Virus record (IMG/VR): IMGVR_UViG_3300027850_000002
Coordinates: 96,001-160,000 of that record
Reading direction: 5' to 3' (one strand)
DNA from: a virus
DNA: 64,000 bases
The notes under the pieces are model-generated. The model was not told the DNA's origin and ran no database searches. It saw only the letters and a list, made by a program, of their open reading frames with translations. Position numbers and translations under genes: made by a program. Every line of letters starts with the position of its first letter. Position 1 is the first letter of the stretch. Positions 18,178-27,824 of the stretch are shown here, in pieces.

Positions 18178-20571
18178 ATGGCCATCCGACCTGTCGTACT
18201 TGTTTACCAGGACCTGGCCACGCCGACGATTACGCCGACGTCGCCAGACCTGAACTGTTTGGTCGTTGGTCCGGCGTTTTGGATCCAGGACTACTTCCAA
18301 CCCGGCACCACCGACTACGCAGACAAGGCCGATATTCAGGTCACGTCTGCGTACGGTGCGCTGGAAACCAGCCCCGCTGCAGCGTTGCCGACGGGGGCCG
18401 CCGTGATCACGGTGGCATCGCCGCCAAACAACGCGGTGGGAGCGCTACTCGACGGAGACAGCGTCCAGATCTACTTCGACCAGGCCCGTGTTCGCATCGC
18501 GGGCAAAGGCGTCGACGTTGGTGGCGGCGTTCAAGGAACGACCACGGTCCTGACGCCGAACGTGTTCGACACGGCCGAGGGAACTCCGACCACGTTCGCG
18601 ACGCCTGGTCCCGGTCGTGCTCTTCCCGGTGACCGTTTGGTCATCGTGGATGCAGGCGCAGTCGTCATCGCGCGCACCGTGCTCACGGTTGTTACGGACA
18701 CGCAGCTGCTGCTCACGTCGGATGTGACCGGCGGTACGTTCGTGCCCGCGGCGAACCAGAGCTGGTACATCGAGCGCCAGGTCAACGACATCCAGATCAA
18801 CTCGTCGTTCGTTTCCAGCACCGGAAACATCGTGAAGATCGCTGGTGGCGTCACGCTCCCCGTCACCGGCCAGGGCAGCAAGCCCGTGTCGTACGCGGTC
18901 GTGTACGAGGCGTATCGCAGCCTCCAGCAGTCGCTGGTCGATCTCGACACCGTCGAGTCGCTGGTGGACATCGAGTCGAAGATCGGTCGTGTCGACGCGC
19001 GCAACCCACTCGCGACGGGTGCCTTCGTGGCGCTTCAAAACACGACGTCCGTCGTTCAGTTCATCGGTGTCGTGTCGGACGATCTCCAGGGACATGTGTC
19101 CGTGCGAGACCATCTCTCGGCGCGACCCGACGTCTACGCCATCGTTCCGATGACGACGGACATTTCCATCTTCGTGATGTGGAATGTCGACTGTGTCGGT
19201 CTCGCACTGCCCGACAACGTTCGCGGCCGTCCGCAGCGTTTCCGTGTCGTGATCGGTAGCGGCACGCTGCCCGTCACTAAGACGATCATCGAGCCTTCGG
19301 CCACCGGCCAGTCCGTGCAGCTCGCGGCCAGCGCGCCCACGGCAATCACCCGCCTCACGCTGACCGGCACGCTGAGCTTGGTCACGAACGGCGTGATTCC
19401 GGGCGACGTCCTGAGCGTCACCGTCACCAGCGCTGCGGGTGTTGTTGCGCTCGGTCTGTACCCGATCGGTGCCGTCGAAAATGCGACGATCGTCGAGGTC
19501 GACACAACGTCGCCCTTCGCGAGCGCCGGTGTCGCCAACATCAGCGTCACGATCTTCGAAGCGGACGGTGTGACGGTTCGTCTCGCGTCACAGGCACTGG
19601 TCGGCACAGTCACCGCGACGAGCGACGACCTCTATCTGATCCTCAAGGATCCGAGCGGGACGTTCGTCGTGAGCGGTGTTGTAGCCGGTGATCTCATCAA
19701 GATCCCCGTCGACCCGAACGCGGCCATCGACGACAACAGCGTGTTCGTCACCCTTGTGGTGAACAACATCATCAGCGACCAACGCTTGCAGCTCGTAAAT
19801 AACGGGCAGGACTTGTCGACGGCTCAAAATGAGCTGCCGCACGGCGTGAAGCGAACCGGCAGCGCTCTTGTCGGCCTGACGACGATCAACTACCAAGTCG
19901 TGCGTACGCTGTCGAAAAGCCAGCAGGTGACCGAGCTGGTTGCGGTTGCGCAGTCGTTCAACTCCAAGCGCACGATTCTCGTGTGGCCGGATCGTTGTGA
20001 TGTCGCAGGCGTGACCGGCGGCAACAACCAGCCGGGCTACTACCTCGCAGCGGCAGTTGGCGGCATGACTGCAGGTCTGCCGTCGCAGCAGGGGTTCACG
20101 AACCTCGGCATCGCCGGCGTCAGTCAGATCTTCAACTCAAACACGTACTTCACGGACACCCAGCTCACTGACATCTCGAACGGCGGTTGGTACGTGTTCG
20201 CGCAGCAGACGACGACGTCGTTGCCGTACACCATCCACCAGCTCACGACGGATCCTTCGACGCTCGAGTCGGGCGAATTCTCGGTCGTCAAGAACTTCGA
20301 CTTCGTGTCGCTGTTCTTCGTCGACATCGTCGAGGACTTCCTCGGTCAGTACAACGTCACGGTCGACACGCTGACGTTGCTCGGCGCCGCGCTCAACACG
20401 GGAGCGCAGCTTCTCTTGCTGCGTACCGTTGCGAAGATCGGCGCACCGCTGACCTCGTTCACGCTCACCGGCATCAACGTCTCGCCGGCGTCGGCAGACC
20501 GTGTGCTCGTGTACTGCGCAATCGGTCTACCGAAGCCGCTCAACGTCATCGAACTCCACCTGGTGGCATAA
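18178..20571 (+). CDS. contractile tail sheath protein
   Basis: 797 aa. RPVVLVYQ start. C-terminal sheath domain YLAAAVGG..QGFTN..NGGWYVF..HQLTT..EFSVVKNFDFV..PKPLNVIELHL. Confidence 0.85.
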   Translation: MAIRPVVLVYQDLATPTITPTSPDLNCLVVGPAFWIQDYFQPGTTDYADKADIQVTSAYGALETSPAAALPTGAAVITVASPPNNAVGALLDGDSVQIYFDQARVRIAGKGVDVGGGVQGTTTVLTPNVFDTAEGTPTTFATPGPGRALPGDRLVIVDAGAVVIARTVLTVVTDTQLLLTSDVTGGTFVPAANQSWYIERQVNDIQINSSFVSSTGNIVKIAGGVTLPVTGQGSKPVSYAVVYEAYRSLQQSLVDLDTVESLVDIESKIGRVDARNPLATGAFVALQNTTSVVQFIGVVSDDLQGHVSVRDHLSARPDVYAIVPMTTDISIFVMWNVDCVGLALPDNVRGRPQRFRVVIGSGTLPVTKTIIEPSATGQSVQLAASAPTAITRLTLTGTLSLVTNGVIPGDVLSVTVTSAAGVVALGLYPIGAVENATIVEVDTTSPFASAGVANISVTIFEADGVTVRLASQALVGTVTATSDDLYLILKDPSGTFVVSGVVAGDLIKIPVDPNAAIDDNSVFVTLVVNNIISDQRLQLVNNGQDLSTAQNELPHGVKRTGSALVGLTTINYQVVRTLSKSQQVTELVAVAQSFNSKRTILVWPDRCDVAGVTGGNNQPGYYLAAAVGGMTAGLPSQQGFTNLGIAGVSQIFNSNTYFTDTQLTDISNGGWYVFAQQTTTSLPYTIHQLTTDPSTLESGEFSVVKNFDFVSLFFVDIVEDFLGQYNVTVDTLTLLGAALNTGAQLLLLRTVAKIGAPLTSFTLTGINVSPASADRVLVYCAIGLPKPLNVIELHLVA

Positions 20572-20573
20572 CC

Positions 20574-21026
20574 GTGTCGGACTCCTTTTTCGACAAGTTC
20601 ATCGCTGACCTCGTGAAAGGTGCCAACACCAACTCGAGGGAGAATGGCGGGCCCGGCGTGAACATCATCGTGGCGCGCGAAAACCACGGATGTGAAGAGA
20701 AACTCGCGAGCGAGAAGCTTGGAACGATCGCAGACGCCTATGCCAACGGTGCAACGGCAGCTGCTGCGGCGTTCGGAGTCAAGGAAGCGTTTCTCCCGGC
20801 GCTCCTTCCGCTCGCTGGTTCTCTGCTTGGAGGCACTGCGCTCCGTGCCGGTGCGGGCGCCGTCGCCAAAGGGGCGATGGGTCGCGGTGCAGCCGGTCTT
20901 GCTTCCAAGGTGGTGCCGAAGATGACGGGCGGCATCGGTGGCGCAGCCACGGACATGGCAGGTTCGATGGTAGGCGGTGCCATCGGCAACAAGCTCGCGC
21001 CGCAGCCGCAGCAGCAGCCGCAATAG
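20574..21026 (+). CDS. tagged Gly-zipper protein
   Basis: DAYANGATAAAAAFGVKEA|FLPALLPLAGSLLGG... Confidence 0.7.
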   Translation: MSDSFFDKFIADLVKGANTNSRENGGPGVNIIVARENHGCEEKLASEKLGTIADAYANGATAAAAAFGVKEAFLPALLPLAGSLLGGTALRAGAGAVAKGAMGRGAAGLASKVVPKMTGGIGGAATDMAGSMVGGAIGNKLAPQPQQQPQ

Positions 21027-21034
21027 ATGAACTG

Positions 21035-21634
21035 ATGAGCGTCGAACGTTTCAAGATCAAGACCGCAAGCTTCGCTTCCGTGTTCCCGTCAGTGGCGGGA
21101 CCTGCGGTAGGCGGCTTTGTGGGCTATGGCCTGGGACGTCGATACGGCAACCCAGAACTGGGTGCGTTGCTCGGCACGCTCACCATGGGCACTGCAGGCA
21201 AGCTTCTCGGCGAGAAGGTCCAGCAGGCAGAGGCGCAGGCACAGGCGGTTCCGCCAGGTGCGCCCTTCGATCTCGACGCTACGTCCCAAGACATTCCGGC
21301 GTGGGCGCTGCAGGGTGCGCACCTACTACAGCCACAGATAAAGCAGTCTGGGCACTTCGACGACATCGTAGGCAGCGACATGATGGGCGCCGCATGGCCG
21401 GTCGTCGAAGGTGTTCGCGAACACCAGCCGGCAGGGCAAATCGCGAAAAATGTTGCTGGTCAGGGTCTCGGAACTTTGGGCGGCGGACTGGTCGGACACG
21501 GACTCGGTGCACTCATCAACAATGCCGCGGGACACCAGGTCCCCGGTATTCTCGGCGTTCCTCTTTCAACCCTGTTAACTGGTCTTGGCGCTACAATCGG
21601 TAACGTCAAGGGCCTCGATTTCGCACGCAAGTAA
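21035..21634 (+). CDS. multi-Gly-zipper membrane-type protein
   Basis: IKTA|SF..GPAVGGFVGYGLG..; a second module after IKQS with GLGTLGGGLVGHGLG. Confidence 0.7.
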   Translation: MSVERFKIKTASFASVFPSVAGPAVGGFVGYGLGRRYGNPELGALLGTLTMGTAGKLLGEKVQQAEAQAQAVPPGAPFDLDATSQDIPAWALQGAHLLQPQIKQSGHFDDIVGSDMMGAAWPVVEGVREHQPAGQIAKNVAGQGLGTLGGGLVGHGLGALINNAAGHQVPGILGVPLSTLLTGLGATIGNVKGLDFARK

Positions 21635-21643
21635 GGAGCAACC

Positions 21644-22414
21644 ATGGCGCTCGGTGTAGTCAAAGGTTTCGATACCTGGTCCTTCCAGGAAAGCTACGTC
21701 GAGCGCGTGATGGACAACGCTGCGTACACCGCAGCGCATCCTGACGACACGCTCGTTCTCGCAGGGCCTGCGCGAAAGCAGAACCTGTCGCAGGGTTTTG
21801 CCAACCTCCTCGCAATCGGCATGCTGCAGGCGGTCAACTTCACCCAGACCAAGCCGACACAGCCGATGATGGCGATCGGTTCAGGCCGCTCGTTCTACGT
21901 CAGCGGTAAGGCGCAGACACAGTGGACGATGGGTCGCCTGTTCGTGAACGGACGCAACCTACTTCGCGTGCTCTCGCACAACGCGGTCGCCAGCGGCATC
22001 GACGTGTCACAGTTTGACGACATTGCGGCCGAGTCAGATCCGCAGAGCAAGAAGTACTTCATCAACCTCGACTCCGAGCTGTTCCTCATTCCGTTCGGGA
22101 TGGGAGCGGTGTTCCGGGACAAGACGCACGGCTTCTGCGGCGGGTTCTACGCTGAGCTGTCGATGATCACGTCGTACGCGATCGGCTGGAACGCGGGTCA
22201 GAACCTGGTGCTCGAGAACGTCTCGGGTATGTCGGATCGGTTGCTTCCGTTCGGACACAACGCGACGCCGCCGGGTCTTCGACCGCACGCACAGGGCGGT
22301 ATCGGTGTTCGTGCATCCAGCATCGATGCGGTGCTTGGATTCATTGATGACAACAACACCGGTGACAATCAGTCGAATGCGCCAGGGGACACGATCCCCA
22401 ACGAAAACGTCTAA
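21644..22414 (+). CDS. tail tube protein
   Basis: TAAGGAG RBS. IGMLQAVNFTQ..AIGSGRSFYVSGK..TMGRL pattern typical of myovirus tubes. Confidence 0.7.
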   Translation: MALGVVKGFDTWSFQESYVERVMDNAAYTAAHPDDTLVLAGPARKQNLSQGFANLLAIGMLQAVNFTQTKPTQPMMAIGSGRSFYVSGKAQTQWTMGRLFVNGRNLLRVLSHNAVASGIDVSQFDDIAAESDPQSKKYFINLDSELFLIPFGMGAVFRDKTHGFCGGFYAELSMITSYAIGWNAGQNLVLENVSGMSDRLLPFGHNATPPGLRPHAQGGIGVRASSIDAVLGFIDDNNTGDNQSNAPGDTIPNENV

Positions 22415-22680
22415 TGCGCTACTCCCGTGAATGGTTTTTCCTCGTCATCGCTGTGCTCTGTATGGGTGCGGACAGTGCGAGCACAAACACGGACATCGCG
22501 GGGTTGCTCAGGGAGTTCGGATTTCCAATCTTCGTTAGCCTCTGGTTCATGTGGCGTGTCGAGAAACGTATGGACCGTTTCACCGATACGATCCAAAACC
22601 TGCTCACGGCAGTCACCGTCATGGCGAAAACCATTGACGGCCTGCCGCCCCGAGCATCAACACACCAGCCGCATCCGTAA
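22414..22680 (+). CDS. YvrJ/BhlA-like small membrane protein (holin candidate)
   Basis: FGFPIFVSLWFMWRVEKRMDRFTDTIQNL. Confidence 0.55.
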   Translation: MRYSREWFFLVIAVLCMGADSASTNTDIAGLLREFGFPIFVSLWFMWRVEKRMDRFTDTIQNLLTAVTVMAKTIDGLPPRASTHQPHP

Positions 22681-22689
22681 GGGAACTCC

Positions 22690-22923
22690 ATGTCTTGGAT
22701 CATGACAGGCGTTCTGGCGTTCGTGGTGGGGGTGATTGTGTGGGCGGAGATTCGTTGCGGTCGTCGCAACAAGATCTTCCAAGCAATGATCGACCCCGAG
22801 ATCGACACGCTCAAGACCAACGCCATTTCCAAGTATCGTGAACGGTTTGGCAAGGACCCCACGGGCCCGTACCTGATCGTCAGCGAACCTCGCGCACGCG
22901 ACGGGCTCGAAAAACGGTCATGA
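22690..22923 (+). CDS. small membrane protein
   Basis: N-terminal TM segment. Confidence 0.6.
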   Translation: MSWIMTGVLAFVVGVIVWAEIRCGRRNKIFQAMIDPEIDTLKTNAISKYRERFGKDPTGPYLIVSEPRARDGLEKRS

Positions 22924-23270
22924 CCATCGCGCTCGTCGTCGCTTCAATCGTGCTCGCGATTGCGTGGCTCCCGCTCGCCGTTCGCTTCCTGCGCGGTTGG
23001 CGAAACCGTAAGAACCCCGTCAGCCTCGCCATCTGCGCAGCGCTCTGTTTGTTCGCGTACTCGAACATCATGTTCGCGCTTGTGCTCATCGACGGTGCGT
23101 CACTGCGATTTCTCGCTGTTGCGACCCACACGTTTGAACTCGTCGTCTTGGCCAACTTCTACGTCGCGTTCAAATGGTCTGCGAAAAAGTTTCCAGACGC
23201 GCGCACTAGCAAGCCGCCCGAGTACACCGTGCCGCCAATGAACACGTCGAACACCTCGCGCGAGGCGTGA
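22920..23270 (+). CDS. three-TM membrane protein
   Basis: Three hydrophobic segments; ATGA overlap. Confidence 0.65.
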   Translation: MTIALVVASIVLAIAWLPLAVRFLRGWRNRKNPVSLAICAALCLFAYSNIMFALVLIDGASLRFLAVATHTFELVVLANFYVAFKWSAKKFPDARTSKPPEYTVPPMNTSNTSREA

Positions 23271-23282
23271 TACGGTCGGGTC

Positions 23283-24689
23283 GTGAAGGACCCTCTAAGC
23301 GCACAACGTGGCGCCGCCAACCGCGGCGCTGCAGGTCTAGGACGTGTCGGTAAGGGGAACTGGGAGTTGGGGGTAGTTGTCGCCTACAACTCAGCGACTC
23401 ATACGTCCATCGTGCGTACGCACAGTGGACGCCCTCTCCATGACGTGCCGCAGATCAAAGCGAGCGCGAGTGGCTTCGACCACATTCCCACAGGAACAAC
23501 CGTTGTGATCTCGTGGGACCTCGGCATTCCAGCAATCGTTGGATGTATGGACATGCCGCGCTCTCCCCAGCCGGCGACGCAATCTCCCACGCTCACGGGC
23601 GTCGAGGGAGTTGGAAACGCAGACCCAACCCAGCTGACGCAGGGTTCGAACAACTACAAACCGACGAACGCACCCACCGACATGGGACAGGGTGACTGGG
23701 CCCAAGTAGGCACGATGGGCAACCACGTTGCCGTGCTCGAGGGCGGCGTCTCGCTCTTGGGCAGCCCCTCCGCACACCTGCAGTCGCTGGGGACGTCTGG
23801 AACGATGCGAACCATCGCGCGACGCATCCAACAGTTCTCGGACTTCGGTCAAATGCGAATCGAGAACGACCAAGGCAAGACGTCGTTCATCCTTCGCGCG
23901 GGGTCCAACCAGACAACACAAACGGGGCAAGACGAACAGCACTGGACCATTCGATTGGACCTAGGCGCCACCGGCGACATGTTCGACTTCCGAATCCTTG
24001 AGCCCGAAGGTGCTGTGCTGTTCCGCCTCCACGCGGGCGCGGATGGACGTGTTCAGATCTTCGGCGAAGGCGGTGTCGATCTATCGTCGGGAGCGAGTGG
24101 GACCGGTCAAATGCGTCACGACATCGCAGGAGCCCGCGCGACTACCGTAGCCGGCGATGACACCCACGTCGTGGATGGGGCTTCTGACACCGTCGTTGCT
24201 GCGTCCGCAACCTACGCCATCGGACGGGACATAACACGTTCGGTAGGACGCAACGCAACGGAGTTCATCGGAGGGGGCCGAGATGTTGGCGTGAGCGGCG
24301 ATGAAACGCTCGCAACCGCCGGTGATCGATCTACCAAAGTAGGTGGTAACGATAAGACCGATGTCACAGGAAACTCGACCATCAAGGCGATACGGGTAAA
24401 CACGATCGACGGTGTTCAGGTCAAGCTCGGTTCGAACGCGGTGCAACCCGTCACCCGGAGCCTGGATTTTGGATCGAAGGTGCTAGCGCCTATCAGCGCA
24501 GCAGCGACCACGCTACTCGCGGGGGCAGCCGCCGCCACGGTCATCGGTTCGGCGCTCCCCGGCCCGCCCGTGACCACTCCGTTGGCGCTCGCCGCACTGA
24601 ATGCAGCAGTATCGAGCTTTGCATCCGCGGTGATCTCAGCCATCGCTGCATTCCCAGGAACCCTCTCCACGAAAGTGAAGACGGAGTAA
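23283..24689 (+). CDS. baseplate central spike (gp5/gpV/VgrG-like)
   Basis: OB-fold N-terminus (GVVVAYN..PTGTTVVI) followed by beta-helix repeats (VAGDDTHVVDG, VGRNATEFIGG, VGGNDKTDVTG). Confidence 0.7.
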   Translation: MKDPLSAQRGAANRGAAGLGRVGKGNWELGVVVAYNSATHTSIVRTHSGRPLHDVPQIKASASGFDHIPTGTTVVISWDLGIPAIVGCMDMPRSPQPATQSPTLTGVEGVGNADPTQLTQGSNNYKPTNAPTDMGQGDWAQVGTMGNHVAVLEGGVSLLGSPSAHLQSLGTSGTMRTIARRIQQFSDFGQMRIENDQGKTSFILRAGSNQTTQTGQDEQHWTIRLDLGATGDMFDFRILEPEGAVLFRLHAGADGRVQIFGEGGVDLSSGASGTGQMRHDIAGARATTVAGDDTHVVDGASDTVVAASATYAIGRDITRSVGRNATEFIGGGRDVGVSGDETLATAGDRSTKVGGNDKTDVTGNSTIKAIRVNTIDGVQVKLGSNAVQPVTRSLDFGSKVLAPISAAATTLLAGAAAATVIGSALPGPPVTTPLALAALNAAVSSFASAVISAIAAFPGTLSTKVKTE

Positions 24690-24691
24690 GC

Positions 24692-24850
24692 ATGGCTGAA
24701 GACCCCAAATGGGACGGTACACCTGCGTTAGGCGTCATCCTTGCGCGGATGGCTGAACTCTACGCACGCGTGGTTCAAGTAGAACTCGCGCAGCAAAAAA
24801 AGAACGCGGACCGCGTCGCTGCAATGTTCACAGAGAGCCCGTCCAAATGA
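24692..24850 (+). CDS. 52-aa protein not in the ORF track
   Basis: GGAG RBS; ATGA overlap with the next gene. Confidence 0.5.
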   Translation: MAEDPKWDGTPALGVILARMAELYARVVQVELAQQKKNADRVAAMFTESPSK

Positions 24851-26592
24851 GTACGTGGAACTCCATCAACCCGAATCAGTTGATCCCCAGTAGTGTCGTT
24901 GCAGCCGTAACCGCGATAGGCGACACCCTCACAAGTGCAATCAGTGCAGCGTCAAATCCGCTCAGTAAATTTCCTTCCTTATCGGCACCGAACGTTCCCG
25001 ACCCCATCACAGCAGTCGTTAATGCGATTTTGGATACATTGTCAGGTCTCCTCAAGGCCGGTCGTATTCACACACTTGCCGTACCCATTGTAAAAACGGT
25101 TCCTAACAAACCGTCGCCTCGGTTGCCGTCCACTCTAAACGACCTACAAGCCATGCTTGCAGTGCGATTAGGTCCCGCGTCTACCGCGGAACATGACGCA
25201 TATACGAACATGGTCATGCGTACAGGTGGTAATGCGGGCTTCTACCAAACATTCGCCGCGTCGATCATGGATCCGCAAGACTCCAACAGACCGAAATATG
25301 ACAACGGTAAAGATGCCGTTGCGATGACGGTCTTAATGATCGGTGCGCCAAGGTTCTCAAGCATCGCATCAGCAGCATCGACGCTAGACCTTCTAACGCG
25401 TCCGACGAGTGACAACAGCTTCGTCTCTCGCATCATCCCTGTCCCACAAAATCTAGGTACGAAAGTTGTAGGGTCTACGAAACCTCCGGGAATTGGTGTA
25501 CGTCTCGATTGGGATCCTCCAAAACCAGAGAACACACGTCAATTCTTCCCAGGTCTATCTGTCGAAGTAAAACGTTATGCCGTCATTCGAACAACGGACC
25601 CACGCGGAGCACGTGCACGCATGGTCATGGACTTGTTCAAGACGCAAAAGCTGACTGAAGGTCTAACAACAGGAAAGGCCAAGGTCGTCAAAATCGGGTC
25701 GGGCAGAAATACAGCGTATCTAGATACCGACGCGAGCCTCAAGCCCGCGACCCCCGTCTACTACTTCATCGCGTGGGAATGCACCGTGAAAGAGAACGGG
25801 GAGACTGTCACACTACCGTTCGATAAACTTTCGAACGTGTCCAAGGTTGCGGTAACGAGTCCTGCTGCACCGCAAACGGGAAGCGCACCCAACTGGGTTG
25901 CTACGGACTCGGCGATCTCTGCATTTCCAAGTCTCGATAACGCGGCCCGTCGCCTCATCGCAGAGACCCAAGTTCTGCTCAAGCCTTCCGCGAGTCCGCT
26001 GTCGCGCATTGATGCGGCGCTCAAAATATCTAAGGATGCAACTGCACGCTTGTCTGCGCGTTCAACGGAATTGATTGACGACGTCAAGCGGTTGACTGCA
26101 GCGCTGTCGGCGCCCATTCCCGCGGTCTACGTCACCCAGATGTCGAGCGCTACAGGCGGAACAGCGTTTCTTCTAGCTGAGCTAGCTAAACGTCTCGGCG
26201 ATACAAGTGACCCTTCACGCCCCCCGTTTGATAACGGTGAGTATGTGATTGGTGTTTGCTTTGTTGCAGGTGCGCCCCGTCTCGCGGACCTAGCGAAGGT
26301 CATCGCATTCTTCAAGGCGCTATTCGGTCCTGCCAACGCTGCGAATCCGCTACTCGGTCTTCTTGCTTCAATCGACACATTGGTGGCTCAAGCAGAAACG
26401 GTAGTTTTCCAGCCAGACATGACGCCGTTCCCTCCAGGAACGGACCTGACGGCCATCGACCCCGCGACGGGACGGCCTCCAACACTTGGTACGGCGGTGA
26501 TCGCTGCAGATGGAACGCCTGTCGCAGCTGACAGCCCGGACAATCCGAACGCAGGTAACACGAACGTCCCGCCGTCTGCCGAGCGCTGCTAG
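24847..26592 (+). CDS. putative baseplate-associated protein with FN3-like segment
   Basis: 581 aa after the spike; VRLDWDPP...YYFIA. Confidence 0.5.
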   Translation: MSTWNSINPNQLIPSSVVAAVTAIGDTLTSAISAASNPLSKFPSLSAPNVPDPITAVVNAILDTLSGLLKAGRIHTLAVPIVKTVPNKPSPRLPSTLNDLQAMLAVRLGPASTAEHDAYTNMVMRTGGNAGFYQTFAASIMDPQDSNRPKYDNGKDAVAMTVLMIGAPRFSSIASAASTLDLLTRPTSDNSFVSRIIPVPQNLGTKVVGSTKPPGIGVRLDWDPPKPENTRQFFPGLSVEVKRYAVIRTTDPRGARARMVMDLFKTQKLTEGLTTGKAKVVKIGSGRNTAYLDTDASLKPATPVYYFIAWECTVKENGETVTLPFDKLSNVSKVAVTSPAAPQTGSAPNWVATDSAISAFPSLDNAARRLIAETQVLLKPSASPLSRIDAALKISKDATARLSARSTELIDDVKRLTAALSAPIPAVYVTQMSSATGGTAFLLAELAKRLGDTSDPSRPPFDNGEYVIGVCFVAGAPRLADLAKVIAFFKALFGPANAANPLLGLLASIDTLVAQAETVVFQPDMTPFPPGTDLTAIDPATGRPPTLGTAVIAADGTPVAADSPDNPNAGNTNVPPSAERC

Positions 26593-26622
26593 CTGCCTGA
26601 TTTGTTTATTAGGTAAGCGGCG

Positions 26623-26631
26623 CCTATCATT
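26623..26631 (+). promoter_or_regulatory. putative late promoter motif CCTATCATT (leaderless start)
   Basis: 4 nt before GTG 26636, preceded by a T-rich tract. Heads the lysis cluster. Confidence 0.7.
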
Positions 26632-26635
26632 CCGC

Positions 26636-26899
26636 GTGCCCAAGATTCGTGAATACACGTGCGATTGTGGTGCCCGTTTCGAACACATGCACATGACCGA
26701 AGATGAGGTCGCGCTGTGTCCGACGTGCGCGCAATCAGTCGGTCCAAAGGACGAAATGTTGGGCGGGCATTCGTGTACAACAATCGTTCCGATGTCCCGG
26801 ACCTCGTTGAAAAACAAGGCGGGCTACGTCCACTCGCACGGCGACAAGCCGGCTGAAAAGGGCTCGGTTAGCGTGCCGAGCAACAAGGGGAGCTTCTGA
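26636..26899 (+). CDS. FmdB-like zinc-ribbon protein
   Basis: MPKIREYTCDCGARFE...CPTC. Confidence 0.7.
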   Translation: MPKIREYTCDCGARFEHMHMTEDEVALCPTCAQSVGPKDEMLGGHSCTTIVPMSRTSLKNKAGYVHSHGDKPAEKGSVSVPSNKGSF

Positions 26900-27405
26900 T
26901 GCAGGACCAGATCGAAACCGTCAGCATGTTGATCGTCAAGGGTGTTGTACTGCCGCTCGTAGGACTCTTTGTCGCGTGGGCATCCATGATGCTGCCGGCG
27001 TGGATCAAGGCAAAGGTGAAGAACGAGAGTGTCGCGGGCGTCCTCGAGCGCCTCTCGACGCTTGCGTTCTCCGTCGTAACGGAGATCCAGCAGACGATCG
27101 TCTCAGGTCTCGGCGACCAAGCGACCACAGAAGAGCTGCAAAAGGCGCGCGACCAAGCGATCGCAACCCTAAAATCACACCTCGGTGCGAAGGGTATGAA
27201 GGAACTGATGACAGTGTTGGGTCTTGCGGACGCCGCCGTCAACAAGCTGCTCGTCACATTCATCGAATCGGCGGTGCACAACCTTCCAAAGACGTTGATG
27301 GCAGGAACGTTGATCGAGACAAAGTCGACCACGACACCAGAAACGGCGAGCGAACCAGCTACCACCACTGTCACTACCACCGCAGCAACTTCGACCCCGA
27401 CCTGA
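26899..27405 (+). CDS. holin-like membrane protein
   Basis: One N-terminal TM then amphipathic helices (LL-H-type layout), upstream of the endolysin. Confidence 0.5.
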   Translation: MQDQIETVSMLIVKGVVLPLVGLFVAWASMMLPAWIKAKVKNESVAGVLERLSTLAFSVVTEIQQTIVSGLGDQATTEELQKARDQAIATLKSHLGAKGMKELMTVLGLADAAVNKLLVTFIESAVHNLPKTLMAGTLIETKSTTTPETASEPATTTVTTTAATSTPT

Positions 27406-27416
27406 AAGGCCTTCCT

Positions 27417-27824
27417 ATGCGCTTCATTCTCGTCCTCGTTCTCGTCATCGGTCTGGCCAGCACGACCGCGTGTCCTCCAGGTCCAGGTCCTGTCGGTCCG
27501 GTGATCAACGCCGTTGTCGATTGTCTCGGTGCGAACCGCCCGCAAATCGACACCCTTATCAACGAGTTCAAGGGACCGATTCTCGGTGGTGGTTCGGTCT
27601 CGTGGCCGGACGTCAAGCTTCGGGCAACACAGGCCGGCAAGGACATCGGCGGCTGTTTCATCATGGAACTGACGCAGTGGTTCCTCAGTGGAACGCGCGC
27701 AGCGCCGGATGCAAAGGCGGCGCACGACGCTGCAGAGGAATTCCGTAGGACCGTCGGAGGAAACGCGACGTACTCCACGATCTGCGTGCGGGAAGACGGT
27801 ACCAAGTCGGCGTGTAAGCTGTGA
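27417..27824 (+). CDS. lipoprotein
   Basis: MRFILVLVLVIGLASTTAC lipobox-like signal. Confidence 0.65.
   Translation: MRFILVLVLVIGLASTTACPPGPGPVGPVINAVVDCLGANRPQIDTLINEFKGPILGGGSVSWPDVKLRATQAGKDIGGCFIMELTQWFLSGTRAAPDAKAAHDAAEEFRRTVGGNATYSTICVREDGTKSACKL

Noticed and set aside
18178-26592. Tailocin, eCIS or T6SS interpretation of sheath-tube-spike
   Set aside because: Capsid, prohead protease, neck genes and phage DNA-metabolism genes are present.
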